Below, in pieces: positions 24,442-38,264 of a DNA stretch of 63,935 nt. Location of the stretch: NCBI RefSeq assembly GCF_001194135.2, contig NC_068994.1:41381635-41445569 (forward strand), written 5' to 3'. The notes beneath the pieces were generated by a model. The model saw nothing but the letters and a program-made list of their open reading frames with translations. It did no database searches and was not told the origin of the DNA. Source of the DNA: Octopus bimaculoides. Lineage: Eukaryota. Positions within the stretch are counted from its first letter, which is position 1. Every line of letters begins with the position of its first letter. The position numbers and the translations under genes were made by a program.

Positions 24442-26221
24442 TATTATTGTTGTTGTTGCTGCTTTGAATTGTTTGTTATTTTCAAAATTAATTGAAACAC
24501 ACCAAACAAGGATATGGTTACAAAAGGGTTAAATTTATGTCAGTAGTCTGACAGCAGCCTATTGATTCAACCATTCCCTACTGTTGCTAAGGATTTAGCA
24601 CTAAATATATATGTGTGTATATATATATATACACGCATACATTCAGTGTATGTTGAATCTATCTATCTGCCACTCTCTCTCTCTCTCTCACTCTCTCTCT
24701 CTTACTCTCTCTCACACTCTCTCTCTCACTCCCTTTCTCTCAGCTTGTGAAACAGACACGCCAACGCTAGAGCTGCTATGTGATTATACTATAGGCAGGA
24801 GAGAGTAGCTAATTCACCCTCAGATTATACTCTGATGTCTTGAAAAGAAGAAAAGACACATGAAGTAATGTAGTCCTAGATACACAATGCTTAAGTAAAA
24901 AACAGGATTGTATTGGCTGATATGCTGTTGGTTGTAGATTTGTTTGATCAGGATTGACTCACTGAGGGGGGGTCATCCCCTTTGTGGTCGCACAACTTAC
25001 TAGAAACAGCAGCCAAATCTCCTTCAGTTCACATCCTAGTTTTTAAGTAAAAGGTTTTATTGNNNNNNNNNNNNNNNNNNNNNNNNNNNNNNNNNNNNNN
25101 NNNNNNNNNNNNNNNNNNNNNNNNNNNNNNNNNNNNNNNNNNNNNNNNNNNNNNNNNNNNNNNNNNNNNNNNNNNNNNNNNNNNNNNNNNNNNNNNNNNN
25201 NNNNNNNNNNNNNNNNNNNNNNNNNNNNNNNNNNNNNNNNNNNNNNNNNNNNNNNNNNNNNNNNNNNNNNNNNNNNNNNNNNNNNNNNNNNNNNNNNNNN
25301 NNNNNNNNNNNNNNNNNNNNNNNNNNNNNNNNNNNNNNNNNNNNNNNNNNNNNNNNNNNNNNNNNNNNNNNNNGCGCGCGTGTGTGTGTGTGTGTGTGTT
25401 TGCACATGCGTGTGTGTGTTTGCACATGCGTGTGTGTGTTTGCACATGCGTGTGTGTGTTTGCGCATGCGTGTGTGTGTTTGCGCATGTGTGAGTGTGTG
25501 TGCATGTGAGTATATGTGTGTGAGCATGTGTAAGTGTATGTGTGTGTAACTATATGTGCGTGTAACTATATGTGCGTGTGAGTGTGTGTAAGTATATGTG
25601 TGTGAGTAACTGTATGAATGTATGTAAGTATGGGTGTGTGTAAGTGTGTGTTTGTAAGTGTGTGTCTGTGTGTGTGTGTGTGTGTGTGTATCCTAGCCAT
25701 AGTAGTCTCCCTAAAATTTTCACTGGCAGTGCCCCAGCCTTAGGGCTGAAATGTAAAAGAATAAAAGAATATGTGTGCAAAGAATAAGTCCTGGGGTCGA
25801 TTTGCTCGACTAAAGGCGATGCTCCAGCATGGCTGCAGTCAAATGACTGAAACAAGTAAAAGAGTAAAAAAGAGTAAAGCTTGTTTCTGATGATGGAGTA
25901 CCCAGTGTGTGTGGACATGCTAACCTACCACTTAGGTTATCCCAGGAATGGCTGTAAGACTTCAAATTCGTCTTACCCTAATTAGATTATTGTAAGTGAC
26001 TTGAGATATTCGTTCCTCCTTGGTTTTGTTTTTTTCCTTTAATATAGTATATACCTGCTATAACAGAACCCTAATACAGACCCCTAGATCCAGCCTCAGC
26101 TGTGAACTTGAAACCTAGCAGATGACCAGCTATTGCACTTACTCAGTGTACCTATTTGTTAAGATCACAAGTGAACTAAACACCTCATATTCTTTATATA
26201 CATACACACACACATATATAA

Positions 26222-26261
<40 letters not shown>

Positions 26262-27031
26262 ATGATAACATGTGTGTGTGTGTGAGTTTATATATATATA
26301 TATATGTGTGTATATAATGAGAGAGAGAGAGAGATGGGGAGGGAGAAAGACCAGTTGCAGGATTCGTTAGAATCTAGGTATATCAACATATAGGGTGCCA
26401 GGATTAGTTGGGTACATAGTACTGGCCCTTCAGTACATTAAAGAAATTCTTAGCTGTTGTCTCTTGGTAGTGTGCTGTAAATAATATATATATATATANN
26501 NNNNNNNNNNNNNNNNNNNNNNNNNNNNNNNNNNNNNNNNNNNNNNNNNNNNNNNNNNNNNNNNNNNNNNNNNNNNNNNNNNNNNNNNNNNNNNNNNNNN
26601 NNNNNNNNNNNNNNNNNNNNNNNNNNNNNNNNNNNNNNNNNNNNNNNNNNNNNNNNNNNNNNNNNNNNNNNNNNNNNNNNNNNNNNNNNNNNNNNNNNNN
26701 NNNNNNNNNNNNNNNNNNNNNNNNNNNNNNNNNNNNNNNNNNNNNNNNNNNNNNNNNNNNNNNNNNNNNNNNNNNNNNNNNNNNNNNNNNNNNNNNNNNN
26801 NNNNNNNNNNNNNNNNNNNNNNNNNNNNNNNNNNNNNNNNNNNNNNNNNNNNNNNNNNNNNNNNNNNNNNNNNNNNNNNNNNNTATATATATATATATAT
26901 ATATATACGTCTCTATATACACAAATATATGCCTAGATAGATACATATATACACAGGTATCTAATCCAATGTAAACGGCAGATCCAACCCAGGGATGGCT
27001 CCAAATGTAGCTTATGTATGAAAGAAGAATG

Positions 27032-27338
27032 CAAGTGGGGTTCAAAATTCACAACAGCTGTTTCAGTAGAATTTTATTGATGCATTTTCATGGCAAAATC
27101 TCACCATAATCAAGTAGATTTTAAACATATAAACAAGTAAGGTAGAAATAGAAGATGACTAATTCACCAACTACCATGCTGGTTGGTAAACTAGTCATCT
27201 TCTATTTCTACCTTACCTTTTATATATCTATATGTTTAAAATTTACCTGACTATGGTGGATTTTTGCCATGATATATTCTGAGAATGCATGAGTAAAATG
27301 CTGCTGAAGCAGGTGTTGTAAATTTTGAACCTCACTCA
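27032..27338. mobile_element. Palindromic MITE (mariner-like termini)
   Basis: Arms 27034-27172 and 27181-27336 are imperfect reverse complements around an 8-nt loop; ends agtg(g/a)ggttcaaaatt. Confidence 0.75.
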
Positions 27339-27366
27339 TGTGTTTCTGTTATACAAACATACATAT

Positions 27367-27409
<43 letters not shown>

Positions 27410-27849
27410 NNNNNNNNNNNNNNNNNNNNNNNNNNNNNNNNNNNNNNNNNNNNNNNNNNNNNNNNNNNNNNNNNNNNNNNNNNNNNNNNNNNNNNNNNNN
27501 NNNNNNNNNNNNNNNNNNNNNNNNNNNNNNNNNNNNNNNNNNNNNNNNNNNNNNNNNNNNNNNNNNNNNNNNNNNNNNNNNNNNNNNNNNNNNNNNNNNN
27601 NNNNNNNNNNNNNNNNNNNNNNNNNNNNNNNNNNNNNNNNNNNNNNNNNNNNNNNNNNNNNNNNNNNNNNNNNNNNNNNNNNNNNNNNNNNNNNNNNNNN
27701 NNNNNNNNNNNNNNNNNNNNNNNNNNNNNNNNNNNNNNNNNNNNNNNNNNNNNNNNNNNNNNNNNNNNNNNNNNNNNNNNNNNNTATATATATATAGGCA
27801 CACTCATTGATATTGCAAAATCTGAAAAGTATTTGAACACAAAAATAAA

Positions 27850-28090
27850 AATGGAATTAAATATGAGGAACCAGCTGCAGTGTACAAGAATGATGACTGC
27901 ATGGTTACAGAAATGTGATGCATATTGGAGATGGCAATTGTGTATAGAAGTATTAAACTATTGAAATAGAAAGGAACTTGCTGAACAGAGAAACTAAGGA
28001 AGACGCTTGAAGAAGTTGTAAAAGTTGAATTCAAAATGTTGAAGCTCATAATGGATATGACAAGGAACTATAAACAAGTAGGAAGATGCT
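27850..28090 (+). pseudogene. RTE LINE ORF2 C-terminal remnant
   Basis: Degenerate similarity to the RTE C-terminal pattern (RMMTAWLQKC...; RKTLEEVVKVEFKMLKLIMDMTRN ~ RKTW.EVVK.DL..L.L..EMT). Confidence 0.55.
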
Positions 28091-29110
28091 GTGTTAGAGA
28101 ATACTTGTCCTGGCCAAAATACTGAGCATAAGTAGTGGAAGACTACTTATATGAATGTAAACAAAATTGTTCCAGACATCAACTCATTTACATAATGGTG
28201 CAAAGTTCACGCCCTGACATTAATCACTAAAAGTACCAATACAATGTTTGTTATGAATACATAAATAGAAAGAGTCATATCTGAATGTCATATCTAAATG
28301 TATTTTGTTTCGCAGTGATATTTGCCTCTATGAAGTGCTTTTTTTTTTTTTTTTTTTTTTGTCAGTAGTATGGGCTGAAGATCAAGTCATCCAGTTTTGT
28401 TGTTATTGAACAACTCAACAGTATTCGCTTACCTCTCTCCCTTCTGAGGTGCTAAGTGATAGGAGCAAAAATCTACTTATTAAAACATAAATAAGTATAT
28501 GGCCCAGACACAATTTATTTAAATAATGGTACAAAGATGACAGCCTGCCAATAATTACAAGAGTAACAATATATCATGGAATAAATAAATAAGGAATTTA
28601 GTCTGGTGCTGCAGAGATATGACCATTTTCATAAAATCAAACTTGCTGTTATTTAGTGAAAAGGAATATTCATTCTTAAGTAGAAAATATGAATGATTTC
28701 AAATAATGGATGTTGTGTTGTTCATGCATTTTTCAATAGTATTATCTAAGCTGGAGACATAGGATTCAATTTGGGCTGCACTCACCAAAATATATTGCTG
28801 TCATTACTTAATTCTTTAACTGGTTTTGATCATTGAACTTGGAAAATGGAGGGACATTACCTTCAAAAGATTTCAGTGAATTATGTGAACATCAGCCATT
28901 TTATCAATTTTAGTGGCCATTTTATCAATCTCTGTTATTGAATGCTAAGTTAAAATTATGGCCTTGAACCATGTAGCAGCAAAGTGAACATCTTATTTAC
29001 ACAACTATATTTGCGTTCCTAATAGAATTATATACTATGTTGAAAAGGAAATCCGGTTGCATTTCAAGATGGGAAAGAAACGAAAGCTTCTTATGTCTTA
29101 ATTGATATAT

Positions 29111-30640
29111 TTAATCATGATAATATTTCCCTTCATTATTGATAACATAATCCCAACTATTTGACGAATTGTTAATCCCTTAGGTATAACATTTTTCGGA
29201 TCTAGTTCAAAACGGGGGCGCCAGTATTTTCTTAACAAAACACTTTGAAACTTGGGACACTGGTAGAATGTGTCATATAAAACATCTTTTTCTCTTAGTC
29301 TTCTTAAGAAAAATTATTATATTGCAACTTATTTCATGTTAAAGTTGTCGTATTTATGTAATTTCAACCAATGACTGACGTCCATTCAGCCGAATACATT
29401 AAGTGCTGACTACGTAAACAAACGATTCTCAAACGATTCTGGCGGTGATAAAATTATTATTTCCTTGTCAAAAAATGGTTGAAGCATATTGGCAGTAGCT
29501 AATAAACCTTTCTATTATAGGCACAAGGCCTGGTTTTTGAGGGAAGGGTTAGGGCAAANNNNNNNNNNGCAGATGTTAACGAAATTATATTAAAAATAAA
29601 ACGAAGGAAAACGAACACATGTGTTGCCTCTCTGCAAAATGTCAGAAGTAATGGAGATTAAATACGCTTTACACCGCTTAAACTGCCAAAGGAACCGCTT
29701 AAACTGCCAAAGGAGTAACTATAAACAGCTGAATACTTGTCAGTGATTGGTTGAAATTATCGAAATAAGACAATTTTTTACATGAAATAACTTCGAATAC
29801 AAAATTTTTTTTCTGTTCTATAACACAAAATAGATAAGTATACAAAGTTTGAAAGTCTTTCAGTACCAAAACCACTACATAAAACATAAATGAAAACTGG
29901 TGCCCCCGTTTTGAACTAGATCCCATTTTTCTGATTTTGAAGCATAGAAATATTCAATATCTCATTCTTGCCCACATCTCAATTAATAAACTGTTTTCCT
30001 TCTAATAATGTTTGCAAAGATCTGAAAAGAAGATAGTAAGATGGAACAAAATCAGGAGCAGTAAGACTTTCATATTTAGTGCCATTAATATTTTCCCGGG
30101 TGATCTTGGAAATATATGGTTATGCATTATCATGTAACAGCAACACCCTTTTACAAGTGATCAATGATGGGTGCTTTTTCTGCACATTTTTGTACAATGC
30201 TTCCAAATGATTACAATATTTCTCTACTTCTAGTGTTTCATTTTGGTTCAAAACTTCATGATAAACAACACCCTTCATATCCCACCAAACACAGAGCATA
30301 ACTTTTAGGAAATGTAATCTTAGTTTCAGGATGGATTTTCTTTTTTACAGTGAGGGATAATTTCGGTTCTTTTCATTGGATATCACTTGTAATGACTGTA
30401 CCCAGGAAAGTTTTGGTAAAAGTCAACTCTTCAATAACAAGCAGAGGGCAACTCTTTGATTAAGCTGAGTAGCAGTCAGTTGATGACAGATCCACTGATC
30501 AAGTTTAGACACTTTTCCTTGTTCATGAAGGTGTTTTATGGACAAAGAGTGACTTGAATTGAAACTGTTTTGCTAATTCTCATGCAGTTTGATTTGGACC
30601 ATCTTCAATTGTGGCTGAGTTGTTGTGTTTCTGGCTGAAT
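29111..30640 (-). pseudogene. mariner (DD34D-type) transposase pseudogene interrupted by a TIR element
   Basis: Minus strand: KVMLCVWWDMKGVVYHEVL, KRVLLLHDNA*PY, APDFVPSYYLLFRSLQ; left of the insert, GINNSSNSWDYVINNEGKYYHD*. Confidence 0.9.
29197..29924. mobile_element. Non-autonomous TIR DNA transposon with 6-bp TSD (ATTTTT)
   Basis: TIR (c/g)ggatctagttcaaaacgggggc(g/a)ccagt at both ends; attttt at 29191-29196 and 29925-29930. Confidence 0.9.
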
Positions 30641-30949
30641 TTAAGGCAACCAGTGACTAAAAACTCTAGAAGAGAAGCTAATGAAGGACTCCTTAATAGT
30701 TATTTGATTAACTAAATACAGTAGCAAAATCTCTCCCAGATCACATCTTACCATCATAAAAAAGAAAAAGAAATCCTGGATAATTCAACCTTAACAACAC
30801 TGTGTCTGAAAATAAGTAGACAAGATGGTCAAGGTAACACATACTACTACAACTACCACCATGAATAACTCTTCCTAATTTTGGCACAAGGCCAGCAATT
30901 TTGAGGGGAGGGGCTAGTTGATTAAATTTACCTCCAATACTTCATATTT

Positions 30950-31177
30950 TTAACTTTTAGCATTTAAACTGGCCATGTCCAGCCAATATATTCTACCAGT
31001 TTTTATGTTCAAACTGACCAGATTTGGCCCCTCACACCTACCCTGCAATGTCATTCTAAAAGTAGACAATCACATCCTCGAAATCTCAAAGTCATAAAAT
31101 AAAGCATGATTAATTTAAGGCAATGTGAATAAATAAGTATTACATTTGACAGGAAAATTTAAATGCAAGGGGGTTAA
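30950..31177. mobile_element. piggyBac-like MITE nested in a family C SINE (30868-31305)
   Basis: ttaa-cttttagcattta...taaatgcaaggggg-ttaa; SINE halves continue on both sides; relatives at 11848-12000 and 47880-48106. Confidence 0.75.
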
Positions 31178-31799
31178 TAACCCCCAAAAAGATGATAGGT
31201 AAATCAACCTCGGTGGAAATTGAACCCAGAATGTAACAAGTCAGAGAAAATACTGCTAAGTGATTTTTTTCTGCTTCTGTAACAGTTCTGCCAGTTCATC
31301 GCCTTACTACAAGCACTAGTGGTGCCATTGTAAAAACTTTATATCATTAAATTCTTCAGCTCCATTACCATCATCTTTGCATTTTTATTTCTAATTCCAC
31401 CATTACTACTACAACATTCTCCCACCAGACCAGAAAGGAATGGAGGCCTCTACATGATCATTCAAATTATTAGAAATAGCAACCCTATTTTTCTCAAATC
31501 ACACATTATAGTCTTAAGAAAGGAAGGACATGCTGGATGATGTAATTACCGAAATACAAAAAGAATGAAATCATCGTAACTGGAAAAATGTCTTTGAAAA
31601 TGGTTCTGTTGGATCAAGAATGGAATGCCTTTCATCTTAGGTCAGCTGGATCAGAATTGGAATGTCTTTGATCATAGGCCTGCTGGATCGGGTTGACCTG
31701 GGGCTAAACAACAAAAATAATGACATGAACAAAAATGGTCACCAACACTGCATTTCTTCTAATATTCCTACTGAATTACCACCGCGAAAAAAAAAAAAA

Positions 31800-32525
31800 T
31801 CTGTTTCTATCATTGTTGTTAAATCATCATCATAATTAATGCCACAATATCATCATCATGACAACCACCAACCACCATCATGTTGAATAAATCACACTAC
31901 AGCACAATTATCATACACCACTACAACCCATTTCCGTCATCATCAGCGCCACCACCACTGTCGCTGCCACCATTGCAACTACCACCACCACCATCACCAC
32001 AACTTCTGCCACTGTCACCACCACAACCAAGACCACCAGTACCACTGTCACCACTGACACCACTGCCACTGCCACCACCACCACCACCACCACCACCTTC
32101 ACTACCACTACCACCACGACTACTACTACCACTGCTGCCATCGCAGCTCAATATAAACTTCAGGACACCATCATCACTACAACAAGCATTAACAAAATAC
32201 CATCACCACCACCACATCATCATCATCAACACTATAACCATCAACTAACATCATCGCAGCCCACCACCACCGCCGTTCGTTATCAACAGAGTTCAACACC
32301 AGCACCAGCATCACCACCAGCATTAACATCATCAATGCCAGCACTACTGTGCCACCACCACCACCACCATCATTGTCTCCACCACTACCGCCACTAACAT
32401 CACACCTTATTACTGCCACCACCATTCTCATCACCCCAACCACCCCCATCACCACCACCACCACCACTGTAATTATTACAGCTCAACTACACCACCTCTA
32501 CCACCACCACCGCCACCACTTAGAG
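31800..32525. repeat. Cryptically simple (CAC/CAT/TAC)n tract
   Basis: Direct reading; explains the poly-Pro/Val/Gly pseudo-ORFs. Confidence 0.9.
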
Positions 32526-33874
32526 AGCCATATCGTACAATATAGAACTGTGACTGACTCGAAACTGGTCACTCATCAATTTTCTGATTGTCTGATATTG
32601 CAAGGAAATGGATCACTTAATAAAGGCTGCAGAAGATAGTCCTCACTGATAGAGGAAGAGAATCTTCTTCCTTCTCCTCCTACTATTTTTCAATGTTGTC
32701 CTCTTCCTGTCACCCCCACCCCATCCTGCGGCTCCCTGACACTGATCTCCCCTCAATGGCCAACTGGATGGATGGATGGCTGGCGGGCTGGATGGTTGGC
32801 TGGCTGATCTAACTTGACATTTTACTTCACAGCACTCCTCACACAAGGAGTTGATATCAATCTAACAGATATCCTTTTTCTTCACACTTTTAGCCTATCT
32901 CACTGCTTGAACTGGGAGAGAGTGAGAGTGGAAATGGGGAGAGGGAGAGAATGATTGAATGAATGAATGAATGAATGAATAAATGAATGAATGAAGGAAG
33001 GAAGGGAGGGAGGGAGGGATGGATGGATGGCTGAATGAATTAATGATGTTGTGACGTACACACTATTACAGCTTCATACTTTAGGTGTGTGGTACGGAGG
33101 AGCTATCTATTTATTATTTTTTTTGCTTTTTAGTTCTTTCTTTCTTTCTTTCTTTCTTTTTTTTATTTATTTTGCAGTGGAAACTTTTCCAAAGTAGTGG
33201 AGGTGAGAAGGTGGGGTTATTTTTCTCCCATTTTCCTTTCATTCATATTGATGTTTGCTCCTTGTTTGTTGTCAATATTTCTCTAATGACAACACAGCTA
33301 GCCAAGTCGATACTGCTATCAAAACTGCTCACCAAATAGGTAATGGGTTTATATTCAGGCATAGACGGATGTTTAATTCTTATATGGAGACACAACTCAC
33401 AGATACTCATAACAAGTCCCCTGATATAATCAAACAGATACTCTGAGCACAGTACATCCTTACAATGGTTTTTCTTTCATCCATTCCATTGTTCAACTGA
33501 CAAACATTAAAACTCAGTATGTGCTGAAAGAGAAATAATAATTTTAAAAATCAGTATCCCCCCCCACACACACACACTGAGGCCATCACCCAGATCAGAC
33601 ACCACAACTATTAATCCTTTAGCATTTGATCTGGCCATATGTAGCCCAAAATATATATACGAGTGGTACCATATTTTTTTCAGCTGTCTACAAACACAGC
33701 CAAGCTGAAATAATTAATGCATTCTTCCAGGAGTGAATAAAAAAATTCTCAAACTTAAGAACTTGTTAGAGACTAACATGGGCCCCCATATATATAGATC
33801 CTAATGGTGCAGGGACCTACTTGCCATTGGGCAACCTGGCCAGTCCACCACTGTATATATATTACTCTCTCTCT

Positions 33875-34278
33875 CTCTTTTACTTGTTTCAGTCATTTGA
33901 CTGCGGCCATGCTGGAGCACCGCCTTTAGTTGAGCAAATCGACTCCAGGACTTATTCTTTGGATGCCTAGTACTTATTCTATCGGTCTCTTTTGCGAACC
34001 GCTAAGTTACGGGGGACTTAAACACACCACCATTGGTTGTCAAGCGATGTTGGGGGGATAAACACAGACACACAAACATATACACACATATTCATACATA
34101 TATATACATATATACGACAGGCTTCTTTCAGTTTCCGTGTAACAAATCCACTCACAAGGCTTTGGTCGGCCCGAGGCTATAGTAGAAAACACTTACCCAA
34201 GGTGCCACGCAGTGGGACTGAACCCGGAACCATGTGGTTGGTAAGCAGGCTACTTACCACACAACCACTTCTGCGCCT
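33875..34278 (-). mobile_element. Family A SINE, full length
   Basis: Collinear and highly similar to 21222-21679, with a short internal microsatellite. Confidence 0.9.
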
Positions 34279-34746
34279 ATATGTACATATACATAAATAA
34301 ATTTTTATAATTTTATTTATACCTTATAAATGAATATTCTATTTTTTATTAACTATAAATCTTCTCTATTTTTACTTTATTGTTCTAGTTTTATTTACTT
34401 TACTTTATCCCTAATCATATTCTAATTAATCTGTAAACCCTTTACCCGAGCATATAATAATACAAATCATAAACTGTAATATTTAGTCTGATGAAATGAA
34501 TTGATAGGTCTATATATAGCATCCCAAGGTACATCTTTACTTTCGCTGATGAAATTATGCTCATGTCACATAAATACAAATTTAATGTACAAATTTGTAA
34601 TTAAATTTATGAGTATTAATTGAAATATCTGTAAGAAGTGACGATGGCCAATTGATCAATAATATATAATTATTAACTTCCTTATCTCCATTTTCTTTTC
34701 TTGTTTTAACTGGATATAAATTATATACATACATACATATATATAT

Positions 34747-34779
<33 letters not shown>

Positions 34780-35406
34780 TATATATACATATATATACAT
34801 ATATATACATATATATACATATATATNNNNNNNNNNNNNNNNNNNNNNNNNNNNNNNNNNNNNNNNNNNNNNNNNNNNNNNNNNNNNNNNNNNNNNNNNN
34901 NNNNNNNNNNNNNNNNNNNNNNNNNNNNNNNNNNNNNNNNNNNNNNNNNNNNNNNNNNNNNNNNNNNNNNNNNNNNNNNNNNNNNNNNNNNNNNNNNNNN
35001 NNNNNNNNNNNNNNNNNNNNNNNNNNNNNNNNNNNNNNNNNNNNNNNNNNNNNNNNNNNNNNNNNNNNNNNNNNNNNNNNNNNNNNNNNNNNNNNNNNNN
35101 NNNNNNNNNNNNNNNNNNNNNNNNNNNNNNNNNNNNNNNNNNNNNNNNNNNNNNNNNNNNNNNNNNNNNNNNNNNNNNNNNNNNNNNNNNNNNNNNNNNN
35201 NNNNNNNNNNNNNNNNNNNNNNNNNNNNNNNNNNNNNNNNNNNNNNNNNNNNNNNNNNNNNNNNNNNNNNNNNNNNNNNNNNNNNNNNNNNNNNNNNNNN
35301 NNNNNNNNNNNNNNNNNNNNNNNNNNNNNNNNNNNNNNNNNNNNNNNNNNNNNNNNNNNNNNNNNNNNNNNNNNNNNNNNNNNNNNNNNNNNNNNNNNNN
35401 NNNNNN

Positions 35407-35467
<61 letters not shown>

Positions 35468-35732
35468 TTGTATGCATGTATGTATGTTCGTTGTTTGTTT
35501 GCTTGTATGTAAGCATGTATGTGTCTGTGTGTATGTCATTATTCAATTTTATTTCAAGATTTCTTGCCAATAAAGAGCTGGTTTCAAACCTAGATCCAAG
35601 GCTCCTACATTGGAATTTCAACAAAATCAACAAGGTGTTTTTGTATGTATGTATATGTACAGATTTGCATGTTTTGTTTTATATATGTATTCTCATTCAT
35701 ATAGTTGCATGTCTAGATACGCTCATATATAC

Positions 35733-36015
35733 TTAAATGGTAATCTTCTGGAAAGTTTTACAGAGTTTTACAGTTCCAGTGATGGCTTGGATCTGTAGTC
35801 TTCGAATCAACTTTCTCATTTCTGGTTTTGAGAAGCCTAATTTCTAAAGATTGGTATTTAGGCAGTGTGTTACATATCCCAGCATTCCAATAATTACAGG
35901 TATAAACCTGAACTTGTAATCTGGATAGAGTAACTGTAGATTTCTCAATAGTTCAGTGTAGGTATTTTCTTTTATGCTGATTTTAACCTTTATGTTAACA
36001 TCGGCTGGGCAGCTG
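35733..36015 (-). pseudogene. RLE-type non-LTR retrotransposon (R4/NeSL-like) endonuclease C-terminus
   Basis: KISCPADVNIKVKISIKENTYTELLRNLQLLYPDYKFRFIPVIIGMLGYVTHCLNTNL*KLGFSKPEMRKLIRRLQIQAITGTVKLCKTFQKITI*; fits the restriction-like endonuclease tail; one in-frame stop. Confidence 0.8.
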
Positions 36016-36599
36016 ATTTTTATGTGTGTGTATGTATGTATGTATTTATTTATGTATGTATGTATGTATGTATGTATGTGTGTATACATGTCTTCTCTTT
36101 CTCTTTTCAATGTAGTGCAAATTTTGATCAGCCACCGAGTTGATAGCAAGGTTCTGAAGGAAAATATCATTATTTAACTGTCATCCTTAAAATCCCATGT
36201 ATGTATGTATGTATGCATTTATGAATGTATATTTCAATGACAAAGCATGGCTCAACCTGGATGCAAAGCAAAAGAAACCCCCAAGGTGATGTGTAGAGGG
36301 ATCAAAGAACTTTGACTTCAAAACAAATATATTAACCACATGGTTATAGTTCAGCCGAATTCGTTGTTTCATTTATCATTGTTGGTAACTATTTATTGCA
36401 TCTGTCATTGTTATTACCCTTAATCCTGAATCCGGTCTTCATAAAGTAAATTTATGTTGAAAGGCATTCTAGTCATAGCCATCCTGTCTTGTTTTCAGCT
36501 TGTAGACTGCATTATTCAATGTGTCTTTTTTTTTTTTTTTTTCAGAAACTAGAAGTAATTTGAGAAAGATCTTATTGCTATTTCTAGTCGCTCACCCTC

Positions 36600-36900
36600 A
36601 TCATCATCATTGTAGTCGTTGTTTAGCATCCTCCTATGCTGGTATGGGTTGGACAGTTTGACAGAAGCTGACCAGGTAGAAGCCTGCACCAGACTCCTGA
36701 GTCTGTTTTGGCCAGGTTTTTATGGCTAGATGCCCTTCCTAACATCAACTACTCTGCAGATTAGACTGAGCACTTTTTATGTGGCACAGGTCAGTTTGGC
36801 ATGGTTTTCACAGCTGGATGCCCTTCCAAATGCCAACCACTTTACAGTGTGAACTGGATGCTTTCTAATTGGCACCAGCACCAGCAGGGTCACCAAGTAA
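36600..36900 (-). mobile_element. Family B-related RTE 3'-end copies (diverged, partly duplicated)
   Basis: gatgcccttcctaacatcaac and ctggatgcccttccaaatgccaacc, with a (CAT)n tail at left. Confidence 0.65.
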
Positions 36901-38233
36901 CTTGCAAGACAGGGATCCTTTGAGAGGGGAGAGGACATTGGTGGAGGGGATCTTGTGTCAGATGATGAAAGGTTATAGTGAGACTGAGACAGAAACATGT
37001 CTTGCTGTAGAGGTACATGGTTACCCGGCCAGAGAGAGGGGGGGGGGAAGAGAGAGAGAATGTGGACAGAAACAGGTGACAACTGGTTATAGTTTGTTTA
37101 CATTCCTGTAACTTAGAGATTCAGCAAAAGTGACTTATAAAAGAAGTACCAGTCTTTAAAATAAAAGTCCTGGTGTCAATTCGTTCCACTAAAGTCATTA
37201 AAGGCACTGCCCCAGCATGTCTACAGTCCAATGACTGAAACAAGTAAACAACAGAAGATAAAAAAATACAGGAAATAACCGGACACATAGAGATATACAT
37301 ACTGTTTTACTGAACAATGACAATGTCTGGTTAGCTTGATATCAATTTAACAAGCATATATAAAACACTCTTCTTGGATATTTTTGTTACCCAAAAGTGC
37401 TTACAACACAATTTCACAATACTAAATTACCAAGTAATAAGATTCAGGCCGCACATATTTGTTAGTTAATTCACTTTAACTTAATTTCGTTTTTATATGT
37501 GGTTTGCAAGATTCTTTATGGTAATTCATGTGTTGAACGACTATTGAAAATGTTGCAACAAACATTTTAGTTAGAAATAATGAGTAAATGAGTGGAAATC
37601 AGACCAGTGAGTACGTTAAATTAATAAGGCACTAAAAGAGAATGACTCTTCTCAGTCACAATAAAATCACTTTAACTTAATTCTTTTTATACATCTAAAT
37701 TTCTATACATATTTTTGTTACTCCATTTATCCGTCCAAACATCTATTTACTTTTATTGCCTCATCTATTAATACAGTTTAATATTAAAACTTCAACCAGC
37801 AACAAAAATAAATAAATAAATGGAACAATTTTTCAAATTGCATTCATATTGTCTTTGCTTGTTACGTTATTCTGATATATTTTGATATTTCTGATATTTT
37901 TTTTTATCATTTAGTTAATATCAATTTCTCATACTACTATAAAGACATTTGACCACTATAGCACCATACCCACAATTTAACTACGTTGCTTCAATTACAC
38001 CAACACACAGACATACATACTACAAGTGTATGGTGTATGTGCATGTGTGTATGTGTGTGTGTACATACATATATATATATATATATATACACGCACACAC
38101 ACATATATACACATACATCACATACATAAATATATATATATATATATATATATATGCATACATATATACACACACACACACACATATATACATATATATG
38201 TGTGTGTGTGTATAATATATACTCTTTACTCTC

Positions 38234-38264
<31 letters not shown>

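Noticed and set aside
25373-25500. Regular 20-bp tandem repeats (gtgtgtgtgtttgcacatgc)
   Set aside because: No unique spacers; GT-derived minisatellite, not CRISPR
26128-26150. tattgcactt (miR-92-like 5' end)
   Set aside because: Only 10 nt match and there is no complementary arm
31880-32639. Pro/Gly/Val/His-rich ORFs (also at 14.3-15.9 kb and 58.3-59.0 kb)
   Set aside because: Trinucleotide simple repeats open in several frames on both strands; no splice context
33255-33446. Protein-like 63-aa ORF (…TASQVDTAIKTAHQIG…)
   Set aside because: No recognisable family and no supporting splice pair
34488-34585. Two CTGATGA motifs in an AT-rich PLE-like stretch
   Set aside because: No correctly placed GAAA or stem III
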